Of a stretch of DNA of 64,000 nt, positions 49,401-57,769 are shown in pieces. Both the position numbers and the translations under genes were made by a program. Numbering within the stretch: the stretch's first letter is position 1; the number at the start of each line of letters is the position of its first letter. This DNA comes from Mobula hypostoma (Eukaryota): positions 82,462,001 to 82,526,000 of the forward strand of contig NC_086108.1 of the NCBI RefSeq assembly GCF_963921235.1. Reading direction: 5' to 3'. Under the pieces are notes generated by a model. It worked only from the letters and a program-made list of their open reading frames with translations, was not told the DNA's origin and ran no database searches.

Positions 49401-52400
49401 TCCAGGGTCTTCATGATGTGGGAGGTCAATGCCACCAGTCTGTAGTCATTGAGGCTGCTGGGGCGCGGTGTCTTCGGCACAGGGACGAGGCAGGACGTCT
49501 TCCACAGCACAGGAACCCTCTGGAGCCTCAGACTCAGGTTGAAGACATGGCGAAGTACTCCACATAGCTGAGAGGCACAGGCTTTGAGCACCCTGGTACT
49601 GACACCATCCGGGCCTGCAGTCTTGCTTGGGTTGAGATGTTTCAACTGCCTTCTCACCTGTTCAGCTGTGAAGCCCACCGTGGTGGTTTCATGTGGGGAA
49701 GGGATATAGTCATGAGAGCAGGGTGGGGGACTGGAATATGTGCTGGTTGGGGGTCGACAACAGATGACTCATGTGGGGGATGGGCAGGGGCCACAATGTC
49801 AAATCTGTTAAAGAACAGGTTAAGTTCGTTGGCCCTGTCCACACTGTCTTCAGCTCCTCTGTTGCTAGTTTGCTGGAACCCAGTGATGGTCCTTATCCCA
49901 CTCCAGACCTCTCTCATGTTGTTCTGCTGGAGTTTCCACTCAAGCTTCCTCCTGTACCTGTCTTTAGCCTCCCCGATCCTGGCTTTCAGGTCCCTCTGTA
50001 TTGCCCTCAGCTCCTCCCTATTTCCATCTCTAAACGCCCTCTTTTTAGTGTTCAGATGTCCTTAATGTCCTTTGTTACCAATGGCTTGTTATTTGAATAA
50101 CAAAGGACAGTTCTTGTCGGAACATTGCAGTCCACACAGAAGTTGATGTAATCAGTGATGCACTCTGTGAGCCCATCAATATCCTCTCCATGTGGCTCAC
50201 AGAGTGCCTGCCAGTCTGTCACCTCAAAACAACCCTGGAGCACCTCATAAGCCTCCTCCGACCATTTCCTCACTGTCCTCGAGGTTGCAGGTTTACTCTT
50301 CACCAGAGGCACGTAGCAGGGTTTGAGATGCACCAGGTTGTGATCTGACCTTCCCAGTGGGGGGAGGGGAGAGGAGCTGTGTGCATCCTTAACGTTAGCG
50401 TACATCAAATCCAGGGTCCTCTCCCCTCTGGTTGTACAGCTCACATACTGCGTGAAGTTGGGCAGTGTTCTAGCCATGGTAACATGGTTGAAGTCACCTG
50501 AGATGGTAATGAGGGTACTCGGGTGCTGGGTTTGTGATCTGGCTATGACGGTGTAAATGATGTTACACGCCGACGTAGGGTTGGCAGAGGGAGGGATGTA
50601 CACAACAACAATTGCATGCGAGATTTCTCTTGGCAAATAATATGGCTGGAGTCCAACAGCAAAAAGTTCAATATCCGGGCTACGAACATGTTCCTTGATT
50701 GTAATATGGCCAGGATTGCACCATCTGTTGTTAACCAGAACAGCAAGCCCCCCTCCTTTACGTTTACTGCTCTCAGTGCAAATCCGGTCAGCCCGAACGG
50801 TCTGGAAGCCCTCTATGGAAACGTTTTGGTCGGGTATGTCCTCGTGCAGCCACGTTTCAGTAAAACACATAACACTGCTCTCCCGAAATGTTCTCTGACT
50901 CTTGACAAGCTCCGTCAACTCGTCCATTTTATTATATGTGGAGTAGTGCAGAAAGAAATGCTGAGGTGACAAGAAAGGGAATTATTTTAATTTAAGGGTT
51001 CAGCATCACTGGGAGGGAAATGAAAGAGGTGATTGGTTCAGACCTCTGACAGTGGTGAGTAGGAATCTGTTTTAATCACACATCATACTAGTGATTTAGT
51101 TACGTTTGTGAAGATATAGTTACTATGATTTGTTAAAGTTTGTTATTATCATTCTGTTGAATTTAATACCTTCTCAACTTTTACAATGAGATTGAATTTT
51201 GATTATTTAGTCCTCGGTTCTGTACTGCCTAAACATTGGCTCATGCTCCCCTTCTGTTGGTGCCTCATTGCTCCCCACAGTGTGTGTCTGCTGTTCTTTC
51301 TCATCTTGTCAACAATCTTTTTTAAAACATGCTTTTATTCTTAATAGACCTTTTTAAGTCATTCGCTAGTCAGAGAAGAGGTTTGTAATTGAAGGGTTGA
51401 ATCAAAAATCGATGATGGGGCACAAGAAACCTGAGGTAGATCATGATCACAGTTTCATAGTGCTATGTGCTGATCAGTGAAATTGGGAACCACGGCTCAC
51501 TGAGTGTTAGTGATGGTGAGCACATGTGGGTCTGATGGACCAGCCCTTGACAATCATAGTTTGCTCACCACACTGACTTTTGAGGACAGAATCATCTTCT
51601 CTTTTCTTGTAAATACTATCCTAAATGCTCTATTTCAGTTGCTCCTGATATTAAGTACTATGTGTTTGTACAAGGTGTATATATTAAGAAAATGAGACAT
51701 GCTATTTCCCTTCTACAGTTGCATGCAGCTACAAGGTTATTTTCAACCTGCTAAATTTCCCAGCTGGAGTGGTGCCAGTTGGTACAGTGACCGAGAAGGA
51801 TGAAGAGGAGCTGAAGAACTATGTCGGTTACTGCAATGACATGTGGGACAGGACTTTCAAAAAGGTTGGTGCTTCTGACTGAAAACGTGTGAGCCTTGAT
51901 TCAGAAATCTCTGCATTGAAGGGATGATCTCAAAACCAATAAGTATGTGAGTTCTCCCCTGACATAATAATGTTGTTTTACCGTAGCTTTGGTCTAATTC
52001 TGATGCATGGTGTAAAATTAGATTGGCGTTTTAACATTGGGTATTGGAAACTTAAATTTCTCTGGAACGAAGAAAAAGGGGTGGCTATGATGTCATTTTT
52101 TGTTTTTGGGGAGAGCAAGTATGTCCCAGTCATAAAAGGAAAATTCATTATATTCCTTTGTTCATCTGGGTTGCGGTAGGTTGGAGGGCTTGAAAAGGTG
52201 TATGTCACTGGATCTATAACATAATGTAAACTGTTCCTCGATCAATTTGGACAGAAAGTTGAAATGGGCAAATTTATTTTCTGTTGTTGAGAGGCTGGAG
52301 AAGAAATTACTCCAATCTGCTTGTACATTAAGAGTAAACTGCCTTACACATATGAGAATGAATTGGACCAGTTAGCACTTATCATCTTGAACTTCATCCC

Positions 52401-52731
52401 GAGCTGCTTATACTAGGCCTGCTAGAACATAGGTATTGTCAGTACTCTGTCTCTGATAGTCAATCTGTTGGTTATGATTTTTTTTGTTGCTTTGTTCTGC
52501 ATTGTCAAGTAGTGCAATTGTCTACCTAAAATGTATTAACAGTGAAAGCTAATGGCTAATTTTACCCATCATCTCATTTGCATATCATATTTTGTCATAT
52601 TTCAGGCGGTGGCAGGGGCTGTTGGCCTTCCATTAGCTGTGCAGTGTGCAGCTTTACCGTGGCGGGATGAACTTTGCCTACGTTTTATGAAGGAGGTGGA
52701 AAGAGTTACCCAGAAGAAGAGAGGCATTTAA
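403..52731 (+). CDS. FAAH: Fatty-acid amide hydrolase 1 / vitamin D3 hydroxylase-associated protein (VDHAP)-like amidase, 15 coding exons, 586 aa; join(403..612,10164..10277,13720..13860,19894..20027,22331..22537,27135..27175,28522..28646,39290..39415,40273..40370,43431..43530,43780..43823,45682..45721,47259..47367,51719..51864,52606..52731)
   Basis: Spliced by hand: all introns GT-AG, phases compatible, 1761 nt with no internal stop. Motifs: N-terminal hydrophobic anchor, [12 protein letters not shown] (catalytic Lys149), GGSSGGE (Ser224), GSDIGGS (nucleophile Ser248), [15 protein letters not shown]. Family is certain. Orthology (faah vs VDHAP-like paralog) is not resolved; LCGVGS and LCPALGPAF look VDHAP-like to me. 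Confidence 0.95.
1516..4097 (+). mobile_element. CR1 LINE, 5'-truncated, young (endonuclease C-terminus plus RT)
   Basis: ORFs 1441..2328 (YRPP, GDF, LDL, SDH) and 2516..3910 ([16 protein letters not shown]); ends in the CR1 3' hairpin region and a TTCTAT-type tail; few disablements. Confidence 0.95.
4100..4370 (-). mobile_element. tRNA-derived V-type (HE1-like) SINE; its 3' end (about 1488..1515) is split off by the CR1 insertion
   Basis: Reverse strand reads a B-box-like GTTCAATTC followed by the V-core-like GGGTTTCCTCCGGGAACTCTGGTTTCCTCCCA; TGTCACATG|TACATCGAAAC rejoins across the CR1. Confidence 0.7.
4655..8080 (+). mobile_element. Near full-length decayed CR1 LINE with ORF1 (Cys finger plus SGNH esterase) and ORF2 with an internal deletion
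   Basis: CTGCQMW...HICARC at about 4845-4920; VIGDSIVRG and [10 protein letters not shown]; endonuclease and RT fragments; jump from linker into RT at about 6952; (TTCTATG)n tail. Confidence 0.92.
8196..9265 (+). mobile_element. Non-autonomous TcMar-Tigger (pogo-type) DNA transposon, Tigger4/Zombi-like
   Basis: 25-bp TIRs CAGGTCCACAATCCCTTATCCGAAA / TTTCGGATAAGGGATTGTGGGCCTG with TA at 8194-95 and 9266-67; remnant transposase start ([15 protein letters not shown]) near 8440. Confidence 0.88.
10164..10277 (+). CDS. FAAH: FAAH/VDHAP-like exon 2 ([38 protein letters not shown])
   Basis: Polypyrimidine tract plus CAG; 114 nt; donor GTATGA. Confidence 0.92.
10343..13055 (+). mobile_element. Old CR1 LINE (ORF2, many stops and frameshifts)
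   Basis: Colinear similarity to the 1516..4097 copy; ORF fragments 11040..11270 and 12465..12905; CR1 tail. Confidence 0.92.
13316..13468 (+). mobile_element. Penelope pseudo-LTR fragment with an inverted (head-to-head) hammerhead segment
   Basis: Palindrome 13316..13368 followed by the shared GATGCTGCCTGACCTGCTGAGTTCCTCCAGCATTTTG tail; degenerate 15-bp TSD. Confidence 0.75.
13720..13860 (+). CDS. FAAH: FAAH/VDHAP-like exon 3 ([12 protein letters not shown]...[17 protein letters not shown]; catalytic Lys)
   Basis: AG/GT boundaries, 141 nt, amidase Lys motif. Confidence 0.95.
14922..17483 (-). mobile_element. Penelope-like retroelement (Neptune-type): RT, Cys linker, GIY-YIG endonuclease and 3' pseudo-LTR; 5'-truncated, two frameshifts
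   Basis: RT motifs [34 protein letters not shown]; linker CKGNKCYTC; endonuclease VIYCVRC..YIGET..RFAEH..HF..G.N; 14-bp TSD AGTTAGTTTTTCAG at 14908..14921 and 17484..17497. Confidence 0.96.
14985..15020 (-). ncRNA. Minimal type I hammerhead ribozyme motif (G8C core variant) in the Penelope pLTR
   Basis: Minus strand: AGUC-CUGACCA-AGGGUCUCGGCCU-GAAAC-GUC-GACU; stem I AGUC/GACU, palindromic stem III ACGU. Confidence 0.75.
18545..19135 (-). mobile_element. RTE-related non-autonomous element or RTE 5' UTR fragment
   Basis: Recognised from memory as RTE 5'UTR-like; shares a module of about 100 bp with the SINE at 41605..41833; no ORF. Confidence 0.45.
19894..20027 (+). CDS. FAAH: FAAH/VDHAP-like exon 4 (GHDSTCG...[16 protein letters not shown])
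   Basis: CAG acceptor, GTAATG donor, 134 nt, phase 0 to 2. Confidence 0.95.
20920..21560 (-). mobile_element. Rex1/Babar-like LINE 3' fragment
   Basis: ORF 20922..21299 [27 protein letters not shown] matches the C-terminus of this clade. Confidence 0.7.
22331..22537 (+). CDS. FAAH: FAAH/VDHAP-like exon 5 (amidase signature GGSSGGE...[21 protein letters not shown])
   Basis: 207 nt, AG/GT, contains both catalytic serines. Confidence 0.97.
22563..22666 (+). mobile_element. Penelope pLTR fragment with a degenerate hammerhead, 25 nt downstream of exon 5
   Basis: AGTC-CTGGTGA-AGGGTCTGGTCCC-AAAAC-GTT-GACT followed by the shared pLTR tail. Confidence 0.7.
23662..24000 (+). mobile_element. Tx1/L1-clade LINE 3' end
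   Basis: ORF 23688..23915 [27 protein letters not shown] resembles the Tx1 ORF2 C-terminus; short A tail. Confidence 0.65.
24025..25578 (-). mobile_element. Tc1-family (DD34E) transposon, full-length but decayed, with long inverted repeats
   Basis: TIR CAGTGGTGCTGGAAAGTTTGTGAA vs TTCACAAATTTTCTAGCACCACTG+TA; inverted similarity extends about 180-200 bp; QQDNDPKH...SPDLNPTE with exactly 34 residues between D and E. Confidence 0.93.
25684..25849 (-). mobile_element. Solo Penelope pLTR insertion (166 bp) with a 14-bp TSD
   Basis: Closely similar to 14922..15040; TSD AGCTAATCTTTTAA at 25670..25683 and 25850..25863. Confidence 0.88.
25788..25823 (-). ncRNA. Minimal type I hammerhead ribozyme motif with an intact catalytic core
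   Basis: Minus strand: AGUC-CUGAUGA-AGGGUCUCAGCCU-GAAAC-GUC-AACU; predicted cut between 25792 and 25791; one mismatch in stem I. Confidence 0.78.
26360..26500 (-). mobile_element. V-type SINE fragment
   Basis: Similar to 4230..4350 (GGAATGTGGGAGGAAAGCAGAGCAC...AATTGAACC). Confidence 0.65.
27135..27175 (+). CDS. FAAH: FAAH/VDHAP-like exon 6 ([13 protein letters not shown])
   Basis: 41 nt, CAG/GTGAGT; phase 2 to 1 bridges exons 5 and 7. Confidence 0.9.
27495..28445 (-). mobile_element. Internally deleted CR1: ORF1 esterase end joined directly to the ORF2 C-terminus and 3' UTR
   Basis: ORF 27987..28505 ([14 protein letters not shown]) abuts ORF 27577..28122 ([16 protein letters not shown]) at about 28030. 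Confidence 0.85.
28522..28646 (+). CDS. FAAH: FAAH/VDHAP-like exon 7 ([22 protein letters not shown]...VPPLPFNDE)
   Basis: 125 nt, TAG/GTATGT, GPxARDV motif. Confidence 0.96.
29304..29569. mobile_element. Tc1/mariner-type MITE with palindromic ends
   Basis: Inserted at a TA in the CR1 LYVND codons (TA at 29302-03 and 29570-71); GTGCAAAAG.CTT.GGCA / CCTAAGACTTTTGCACAGTA units at both ends. Confidence 0.65.
29600..31208 (+). mobile_element. Rex1/Babar-like LINE 3' fragment, itself interrupted by CR1 pieces (29900..30110 minus; 30327..31135 plus)
   Basis: [44 protein letters not shown]; inner CR1 ORF 30327..30908 with QHGF and FADDTK. Confidence 0.78.
31689..34779 (+). mobile_element. Young CR1 LINE: ORF1 end plus nearly complete ORF2 (endonuclease and RT)
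   Basis: ORFs 31854..32834 (NARS, TESWL, GDFN, SDH) and 32984..34552 (RT); candidate TSD AATGAA at 31683..31688 and 34780..34785. Confidence 0.95.
35055..35640 (+). mobile_element. CR1 3' fragment nested in the host CR1
   Basis: [19 protein letters not shown] through to the CR1 tail. Confidence 0.8.
36299..36811 (-). mobile_element. Non-autonomous Tc1-like element (N-terminal HTH remnant)
   Basis: [32 protein letters not shown]; ends CACTGAGTG+TA; same family as 61562..62500. Confidence 0.8.
37070..37205 (-). mobile_element. CR1 3' tail
   Basis: Reverse complement of the CR1 terminal hairpin and TCTTATG repeats. Confidence 0.7.
37210..38008 (-). mobile_element. Old Penelope-like fragment (GIY-YIG remnant plus pLTR with a degenerate hammerhead at 37281..37310)
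   Basis: ORF 37598..37882 [31 protein letters not shown], colinear with 15316..15770. Confidence 0.85.
38225..38490 (-). mobile_element. Probable RTE-related short interspersed repeat
   Basis: Minus strand ends in GCAATGGTAAACCACTTCTG, resembling RTE/BovB-associated SINE modules (from memory). Confidence 0.35.
39290..39415 (+). CDS. FAAH: FAAH/VDHAP-like exon 8 ([17 protein letters not shown]...LLEAAGHT)
   Basis: 126 nt, CAG/GTAGGT. Confidence 0.95.
40273..40370 (+). CDS. FAAH: FAAH/VDHAP-like exon 9 ([32 protein letters not shown])
   Basis: 98 nt, T-tract plus CAG, GTAAGT donor. Confidence 0.93.
41605..41833 (-). mobile_element. tRNA-derived SINE with a CORE-like domain and an RTE-like 3' module
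   Basis: Minus strand: A box TGGCCAAGTGG, B box AGTTCGAGCC, then GTGTCCCTGAGCAAGGCACTTAACC. Confidence 0.75.
41860..42400 (+). mobile_element. Highly decayed Penelope-like GIY-YIG/pLTR fragment
   Basis: HSHT..SVL..LH.Q.EA and LQPSGMN remnants followed by a pyrimidine-rich tract. Confidence 0.5.
42420..43266 (+). mobile_element. Old CR1 RT fragment with deletions
   Basis: YRLASL..VVGK and SKFV..TKIGG remnants; CR1 tail. Confidence 0.75.
43431..43530 (+). CDS. FAAH: FAAH/VDHAP-like exon 10 ([10 protein letters not shown]...ILSFLLKPF)
   Basis: 100 nt, TAG/GTAAGT; membrane-access cap region. Confidence 0.93.
43780..43823 (+). CDS. FAAH: FAAH/VDHAP-like exon 11 ([14 protein letters not shown])
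   Basis: 44 nt, TAG/GTAAGT, phase 0 to 2. Confidence 0.9.
43839..43998. mobile_element. Fold-back Penelope pLTR insertion with a 10-bp TSD
   Basis: 47-bp inverted arms 43866..43912 and 43951..43997; TSD TATTTGATGT at 43829..43838 and 43999..44008. Confidence 0.85.
44275..45063 (-). mobile_element. Young CR1 3' fragment
   Basis: ORFs 44662..45012 and 44376..44639; (TTTCTATG)n tail on the minus strand. Confidence 0.92.
45682..45721 (+). CDS. FAAH: FAAH/VDHAP-like exon 12 ([13 protein letters not shown])
   Basis: 40 nt, CAG/GTGAGA, phase 2 to 0. Confidence 0.9.
45850..46810 (-). mobile_element. Two decayed Rex1/Babar-like LINE fragments
   Basis: Similarity to 20920..21560; heavily degenerate. 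Confidence 0.45.
47259..47367 (+). CDS. FAAH: FAAH/VDHAP-like exon 13 ([36 protein letters not shown])
   Basis: 109 nt, TAG/GTGAGC. Confidence 0.94.
47462..48055 (+). mobile_element. CR1 3' fragment
   Basis: [19 protein letters not shown] through to the CR1 tail. Confidence 0.82.
48121..50932 (-). mobile_element. Rex1/Babar-clade LINE, near-complete APE endonuclease plus RT, with frameshifts
   Basis: ORFs 50052..50972 (FTETWL, GDFNH, SDH), 49325..49678 ([13 protein letters not shown]) and 48261..49184 (TGAPQ, FSDDS); TATGAC repeat tail. Confidence 0.92.
51719..51864 (+). CDS. FAAH: FAAH/VDHAP-like exon 14 ([24 protein letters not shown]...WDRTFKK)
   Basis: 146 nt, CAG/GTTGGT. Confidence 0.95.
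52606..52731 (+). CDS. FAAH: FAAH/VDHAP-like exon 15 ([41 protein letters not shown])
   Basis: CAG acceptor, GLPxxVQ motif, TAA at 52729-52731. Confidence 0.96.
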   Translation, partial: AVAGAVGLPLAVQCAALPWRDELCLRFMKEVERVTQKKRGI

Positions 52732-53991
52732 CTACATCAGACTGGAAAGTCGTTTTAAATCAATACTACCAGCTGGGCCTTCAATGCAAAGGTTGCTCTG
52801 CTCAGGAAATGACAACTATTTTTTTGTAACCTGCAGCTTATATACAGTATTTGAAATGCTTAATAATTTAAAATAAGAATCTAAAATGAAGCATAATCAA
52901 CTGAAAAGCATTTGATCTGTGTTCTTCTCCTCGGAGATGTTTTTCACAGTAACAGATTTGAAATTTAGTCAGGTGTCTTTGCCAAATGTTGGGGTTTGAT
53001 ATGATACATTTGATATGTCTTCAATATGTTAAACAAATGGATTTCAGGCAATGCAATTATACTAAGCATGTTTACTTTTCCAGTTCAACTTTTTCCTTCA
53101 GTTGACAATGGAAAATGTACAGTGTTGCATCGCTATTGTGATCTAGTATTCTGCTATCTAATGGCATCCTAGTAATTTACTGACCTAAATCCAAAGAGTT
53201 TTGTGCTCAAATCTTAAATCTAGAATGGAAATCCAGTTTGCTGTAATGTTTTTCCATTACTTCATCAACAATATAATCACTAGGCTATTTGCCATGACCA
53301 ACAATTTAATAAGACCAAACACACAGGTACAGTAGTGACAGAAGCAGATCAAGGACCAAGCATTCTTCAGTGACTCAGTATTTGTCATTTCCCAAGTCAG
53401 GACTGTGAGAGAATGATCGTTACTTGTTTGGATGAGTGCAGCTTGATTCCATTCAGTACCCACCCAGCACCTTGAAAAGTCACTCATCCCATTACCTTAG
53501 CATTGTGGCTGTACAGGATACAAGGCAGCAGCATTTCCTTGACCTGCAGCAACAACCCTGAAGCCGGACACCAGTTGTGTGGGAGCCATCTCCCACAGAT
53601 GCCCTCTAGGTCTCGCATCTTTCTGAAACTAGAAATATATTTCCATTTCTTCAGGGTCTGAATCCTGTTGCTGGAAATTGTATCTTTGGCATGTCAGCCT
53701 GAGAAGCAAAGTAATGTCTGGCATTTTTAAAAAAAAAGATGGACTTTGTTTACAATGACATTGGATATAAACACATTCGAACGATTTGTTGGAAGAATTG
53801 GTTATCTGTATCTGACGTAACTACCCTTCCTCCTTTGTGACTGATAATATGCAATACCCAATATGTAATTAATTATTTTCTAATTAATTACCTGAAGTAA
53901 ACTAATATTGACTTTAATCCTGTTGTTTGTTCCACCTGCTTTTGTTTCCAAAAGGTGTGGAGCAACTTCGTAATAATGTTTGTCTCTATCA

Positions 53992-53997
53992 AATAAA
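53992..53997 (+). terminator. Candidate polyadenylation signal for the FAAH-like gene
   Basis: First canonical AATAAA I noticed after the stop (about 1.26 kb downstream), followed by a T-rich stretch; no transcript data. Confidence 0.25.
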
Positions 53998-55039
53998 GCA
54001 ATTGTCTTTTCCTTTGATTGCTGCCTTCTGTCTCATTCAATCTCTCATCCTCACTCTCCACTTTGGAGATTAGATATATGAAGGCCATAGTCTTGGAACT
54101 GATGTCTCTGGACCAGGAATTAAAATTATGGATCATTTTCTCTTGCAGATTTTCTTGGAGGGAATGATAGTAACTGACATCGCATGTGTGAAGGCTGTGT
54201 CTGAGTTCAGCCATTGAGCTAACTAATGTGTGTTTAATTCCCTGGACCAGTTTCCGCAACAATTGCTTCTCCTCTAAATCTCATTTCCATGGCCTTCATA
54301 CTTAGTTAATGCTAACTCACATCAACTTGGTATTCCAGGTTATGGGTCTTATAATCTATAGTAACATGCACAGAAAAGTAAACATCAAAGACTAGGTATT
54401 GGACCTCACAGTGCACATAAAAGCCTTTTAAGCATGGTTTAATACATTAATAATGCCTGTTGAAATCCTGCCCATTGGAGACTTGCACCAGACATTTGCA
54501 AGGGAGATGCTTTTCCGCACACCCCCTACCCCTGCTATCCCAGTATGGTACGCAATGTAAGGCAGCATCAGCACGAACAATGCTTCACTTTAGTGACAGA
54601 AATTGGAGAACTCCTGGTAACCCTGGTGTTGTAGCCATTCATACTGGAATTTATTCCTTCCAGAATTCATAAATAACTACGCAAAATTTGAGACATGGAA
54701 TAAAATTCACTTTCACATAAGTTATGTTTAAAAAAAAAATCAATGCAAGTTATTTGTTTAAAAATTCTCATTTCTTGACGAGTATGCAGATGACGTGGAA
54801 AATAATGACGCCGTCCATTTTCTAGGAATGCAACCCTGCAGTGATCACCTGTAATATTCAACTAGCAGTCTTTGTTTTTAACTCTTCGTAAAGTATGGAG
54901 TAAATGTTCTGTATATTTTGTACATCATTGGTAGGTCCCCATTTATTTATTGTGACTGCAGAAATGTCTTGTGTCATCTTCAGGGCACAGGGCCTGTGTC
55001 AGTGGGGAAATGGTCAGACACACTAAGGTGTGTCTTTCA

Positions 55040-55292
55040 CATGTGTGGTAGATAACACAATGCTTCACAGTATAGGTGACCTGGGTTCAAGTCCCACCAC
55101 TGCCTGTAAGGAGTTGGTACGTTCACTCTGACTACATGGGTTTCCTCCAGGTGATCCAGTTTCCTCCTCAGTCCAAAGGTTAATTGTCCATTGGGAATTG
55201 TCCCATGATTAGGCTAGGATTAAATGGGGGTGTTGCTGGTCGCCGTGGCTGGAAGGGCCAGAAGGGCCCATTCCCCACTGTATCTCAATAAA
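55040..55292 (+). mobile_element. HE1-like V-SINE with a CR1-like tail
   Basis: B box GGTTCAAGTCC, V core GGGTTTCCTCCAGGTGATCCAGTTTCCTCC, tail GAAGGGCCAGAAGGGCC. Confidence 0.75.
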
Positions 55293-56151
55293 CAAGTAAA
55301 TAACTAAGTAACTGCTGTTAATACTGAAGTAATCAGATTGCTGTCGAGAAGGTTCTGTAAGGTAGAGACCTGTATTCCATGATTTCTGGTGGCAAAGATG
55401 TGGCGTCTGCATTTTTTTTTCCTATTCAGCTACCGCCCAGGATTTCAGAGTTTGAATTTTAATGCGGCTTGCAGGTTGAACACTACAATAATCCTTCGAA
55501 GGTAGGATTTCCTGGTTTCATGATTTTCTGAGGATGTCCAGCAAATGTTTAGTAGACCAATCAGGGTAAACTTCAATTTCTAACCATTTAGTAATCAAGC
55601 AGTGTGTTAGAATTAAGCAAAGCTATCCATGATGTTGCCTAACACCGCACTGAAAAGAGCCCTGGTTCATTGAATCTTACAATTATAGCCCAGAAGAGAC
55701 CATTAGGTCTATTTTGTCTCTGCTGCCAAATCATGGACTGTAGCTTAATACCTTTTTACAGCTTTTCATCTATTCTGTCAGCTGCCCCAGCTACTGTCTG
55801 CTGTCACTAACAGCTGTATTTAACCATAAAATAAATCCTATTTACTAAAGGTTTTATTAGAGACTTTTCAAACATCTACCATTTTGCCAACCTCGGCTGG
55901 TGAGAAAACCCTGAAAATCTTTCAGTAGACAATGCAGATCTGAGTCACATTGTTCAAAACAAGACACTGGGACTGTTTCATATAGCACAGTAAATGGGTG
56001 CTCCATTTACAGTTTGGGAAGAGAACACCTAATCATGGGAATAATTCCTTGAGTTCCTGTAGATTTGGAGTAAATATTCGATCAAGTTTATGGAATCATG
56101 AAATGAGAAGCCTTGAAATTTGAAAATCTAAGTCATTTATGAGTACTGATA

Positions 56152-56695
56152 CAGGCAGTCCCCAAGTTACATAGGGGTTCTGTTCCCAAAAAGTTACCTG
56201 TAAACTGATTTCTCCCCCCCCCCCATAAGCAAGAAACAAAGAATTTCGCTGACGGTTGATAAATATGAATATTTATTTATTGTCTCCCCTCCAGTTAAAG
56301 TAGTAGACAATCATTATGTCTAGCTTAGACAGGCTTAAAGTATCAATAGATGCAACATTGTTTGATAAAGGATTTTACAAGTGTCAATAGAAGGGGTTGC
56401 CTTGTCATTTTCTAAAGCAATTCTCTTCAGTAACCTTCTGCTCTGAACCAGCAGCCTGCGTTCTTAGCATGGCATCTATTTGATTACTGTGGGGAGGTTA
56501 CAATTTAACTTTTTTTGCTAAAGGCTGGTTGTCTTTTGAATTACAGTAAGTAGTTGCTATTCCATAGCTGCTGAAGATGTTTGCATTTCTGTAACTAACT
56601 TTTCTATCTTGCAAAATTCTTTGAAAATTTATGGGAAAATTTGCATAACGTCAGAATTCCGTAAGTTTGGATTTCTCTAACCCAAGGAGCCCGTG
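56152..56695. mobile_element. Possible old Tigger-type MITE
   Basis: TA+CAGGCAGTCCCCAAGTTAC at the left end and a degenerate inverted copy ending GTG+TA at the right. Confidence 0.35.
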
Positions 56696-56779
56696 TACTT
56701 TACTTCCAAACAATTTAAGGAGGAACAATTGATTCCAAACAATTGATGGTGCCTTTGCAATATCCTCCAAATCTACTCA

Positions 56780-57237
56780 AAGCATAGGTCAGCACCCTCA
56801 ATATTGAAGCCCAGGTTACATGCAGTTGGTTATGTTGTCTGCATGCCAGACACCATGCCTCAGAAACAGACATTTTAGTTTTAGATCTGTCAGGGAATAC
56901 ATTTCCAGGCATTCTGAGGAAAAGATTCAAAGATGTGCTTAAAATTTCCTTAAAAATTGCAATGTCCCCTCTGTCTCTTGGCTTGGTGCATGAAAGTGAA
57001 GAAGCACAGGGCATATCGCATCAACAGCTTTGAGGGAAGTGCATTAGGAACAGGCAGAGATCCTGCTTCAATGATGGGAGACATGTACCACCTCATAAAT
57101 TCCCCCACACAGGGACTGTTAAGCACCTGCTTCTCCATCTGTGGGAGATCCTGCATTTTCCACTCTGGTCTCATCAGTCACTACACCACCCACAAAACCA
57201 GAGTCATCCTTGGTCTGAGAGACTGTCTAAGAAGAAC
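56780..57237 (+). mobile_element. RTE (BovB-clade) LINE 3' fragment
   Basis: RKRFKDVLK and a C-terminal ICGRSC..HSGLISH..TH zinc-finger-like remnant. Confidence 0.65.
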
Positions 57238-57769
57238 TGTAATTGCTGGTAAGGTTAGGCAGGACAGTTTTTTCTTTCTTTCTCTTGAACTTGGATACAA
57301 TGGCCCAGATATGAAGGCAATGCTATCAAGAAAACTATCAGCCCTCATTGATAATGCAGAATAAATTGCCTACCAACATCTGACGTGAAACTGCATGGCG
57401 GCTGATTATGAAAATAAATTAGATGTCCATGATGTCCTGTCTCTCTGCAAGCTCTTTTACCCCAGCACCTCACTCTTAAACTCAGTAATGGAAATAGTTA
57501 CACTTACCCACTGAATATTCATTAAACACAACAGAAAAAATATGTGAAAATTAATGTCACATACCTTGAAATAAAAATAGAAAATGCTGGAAACACTCCA
57601 AAGGTAAAGCAACATATGTGGAAGGAGAAATGATGCTCCAGGTTGGAAGATTGTTGCGTCATATGGAAGGGTTTCTCAGTCTCCAACTCAGGGATGGGTA
57701 AGCTACCAATATACAAGCCCACACCTATCTATACCTTCAGTTTCCACTTTGTCCACCTTATCTGCTCTG

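Noticed and set aside
52714..52731. C-terminal KKRGI as a di-lysine ER retrieval signal
   Set aside because: The lysines are at -5 and -4 with Arg at -3, which does not fit KKxx or KxKxx; the C-terminus also does not follow a membrane span.
53888..54262. 124-aa minus-strand ORF in the 3' flank
   Set aside because: No ATG start, no recognisable motif, no supporting splice context.
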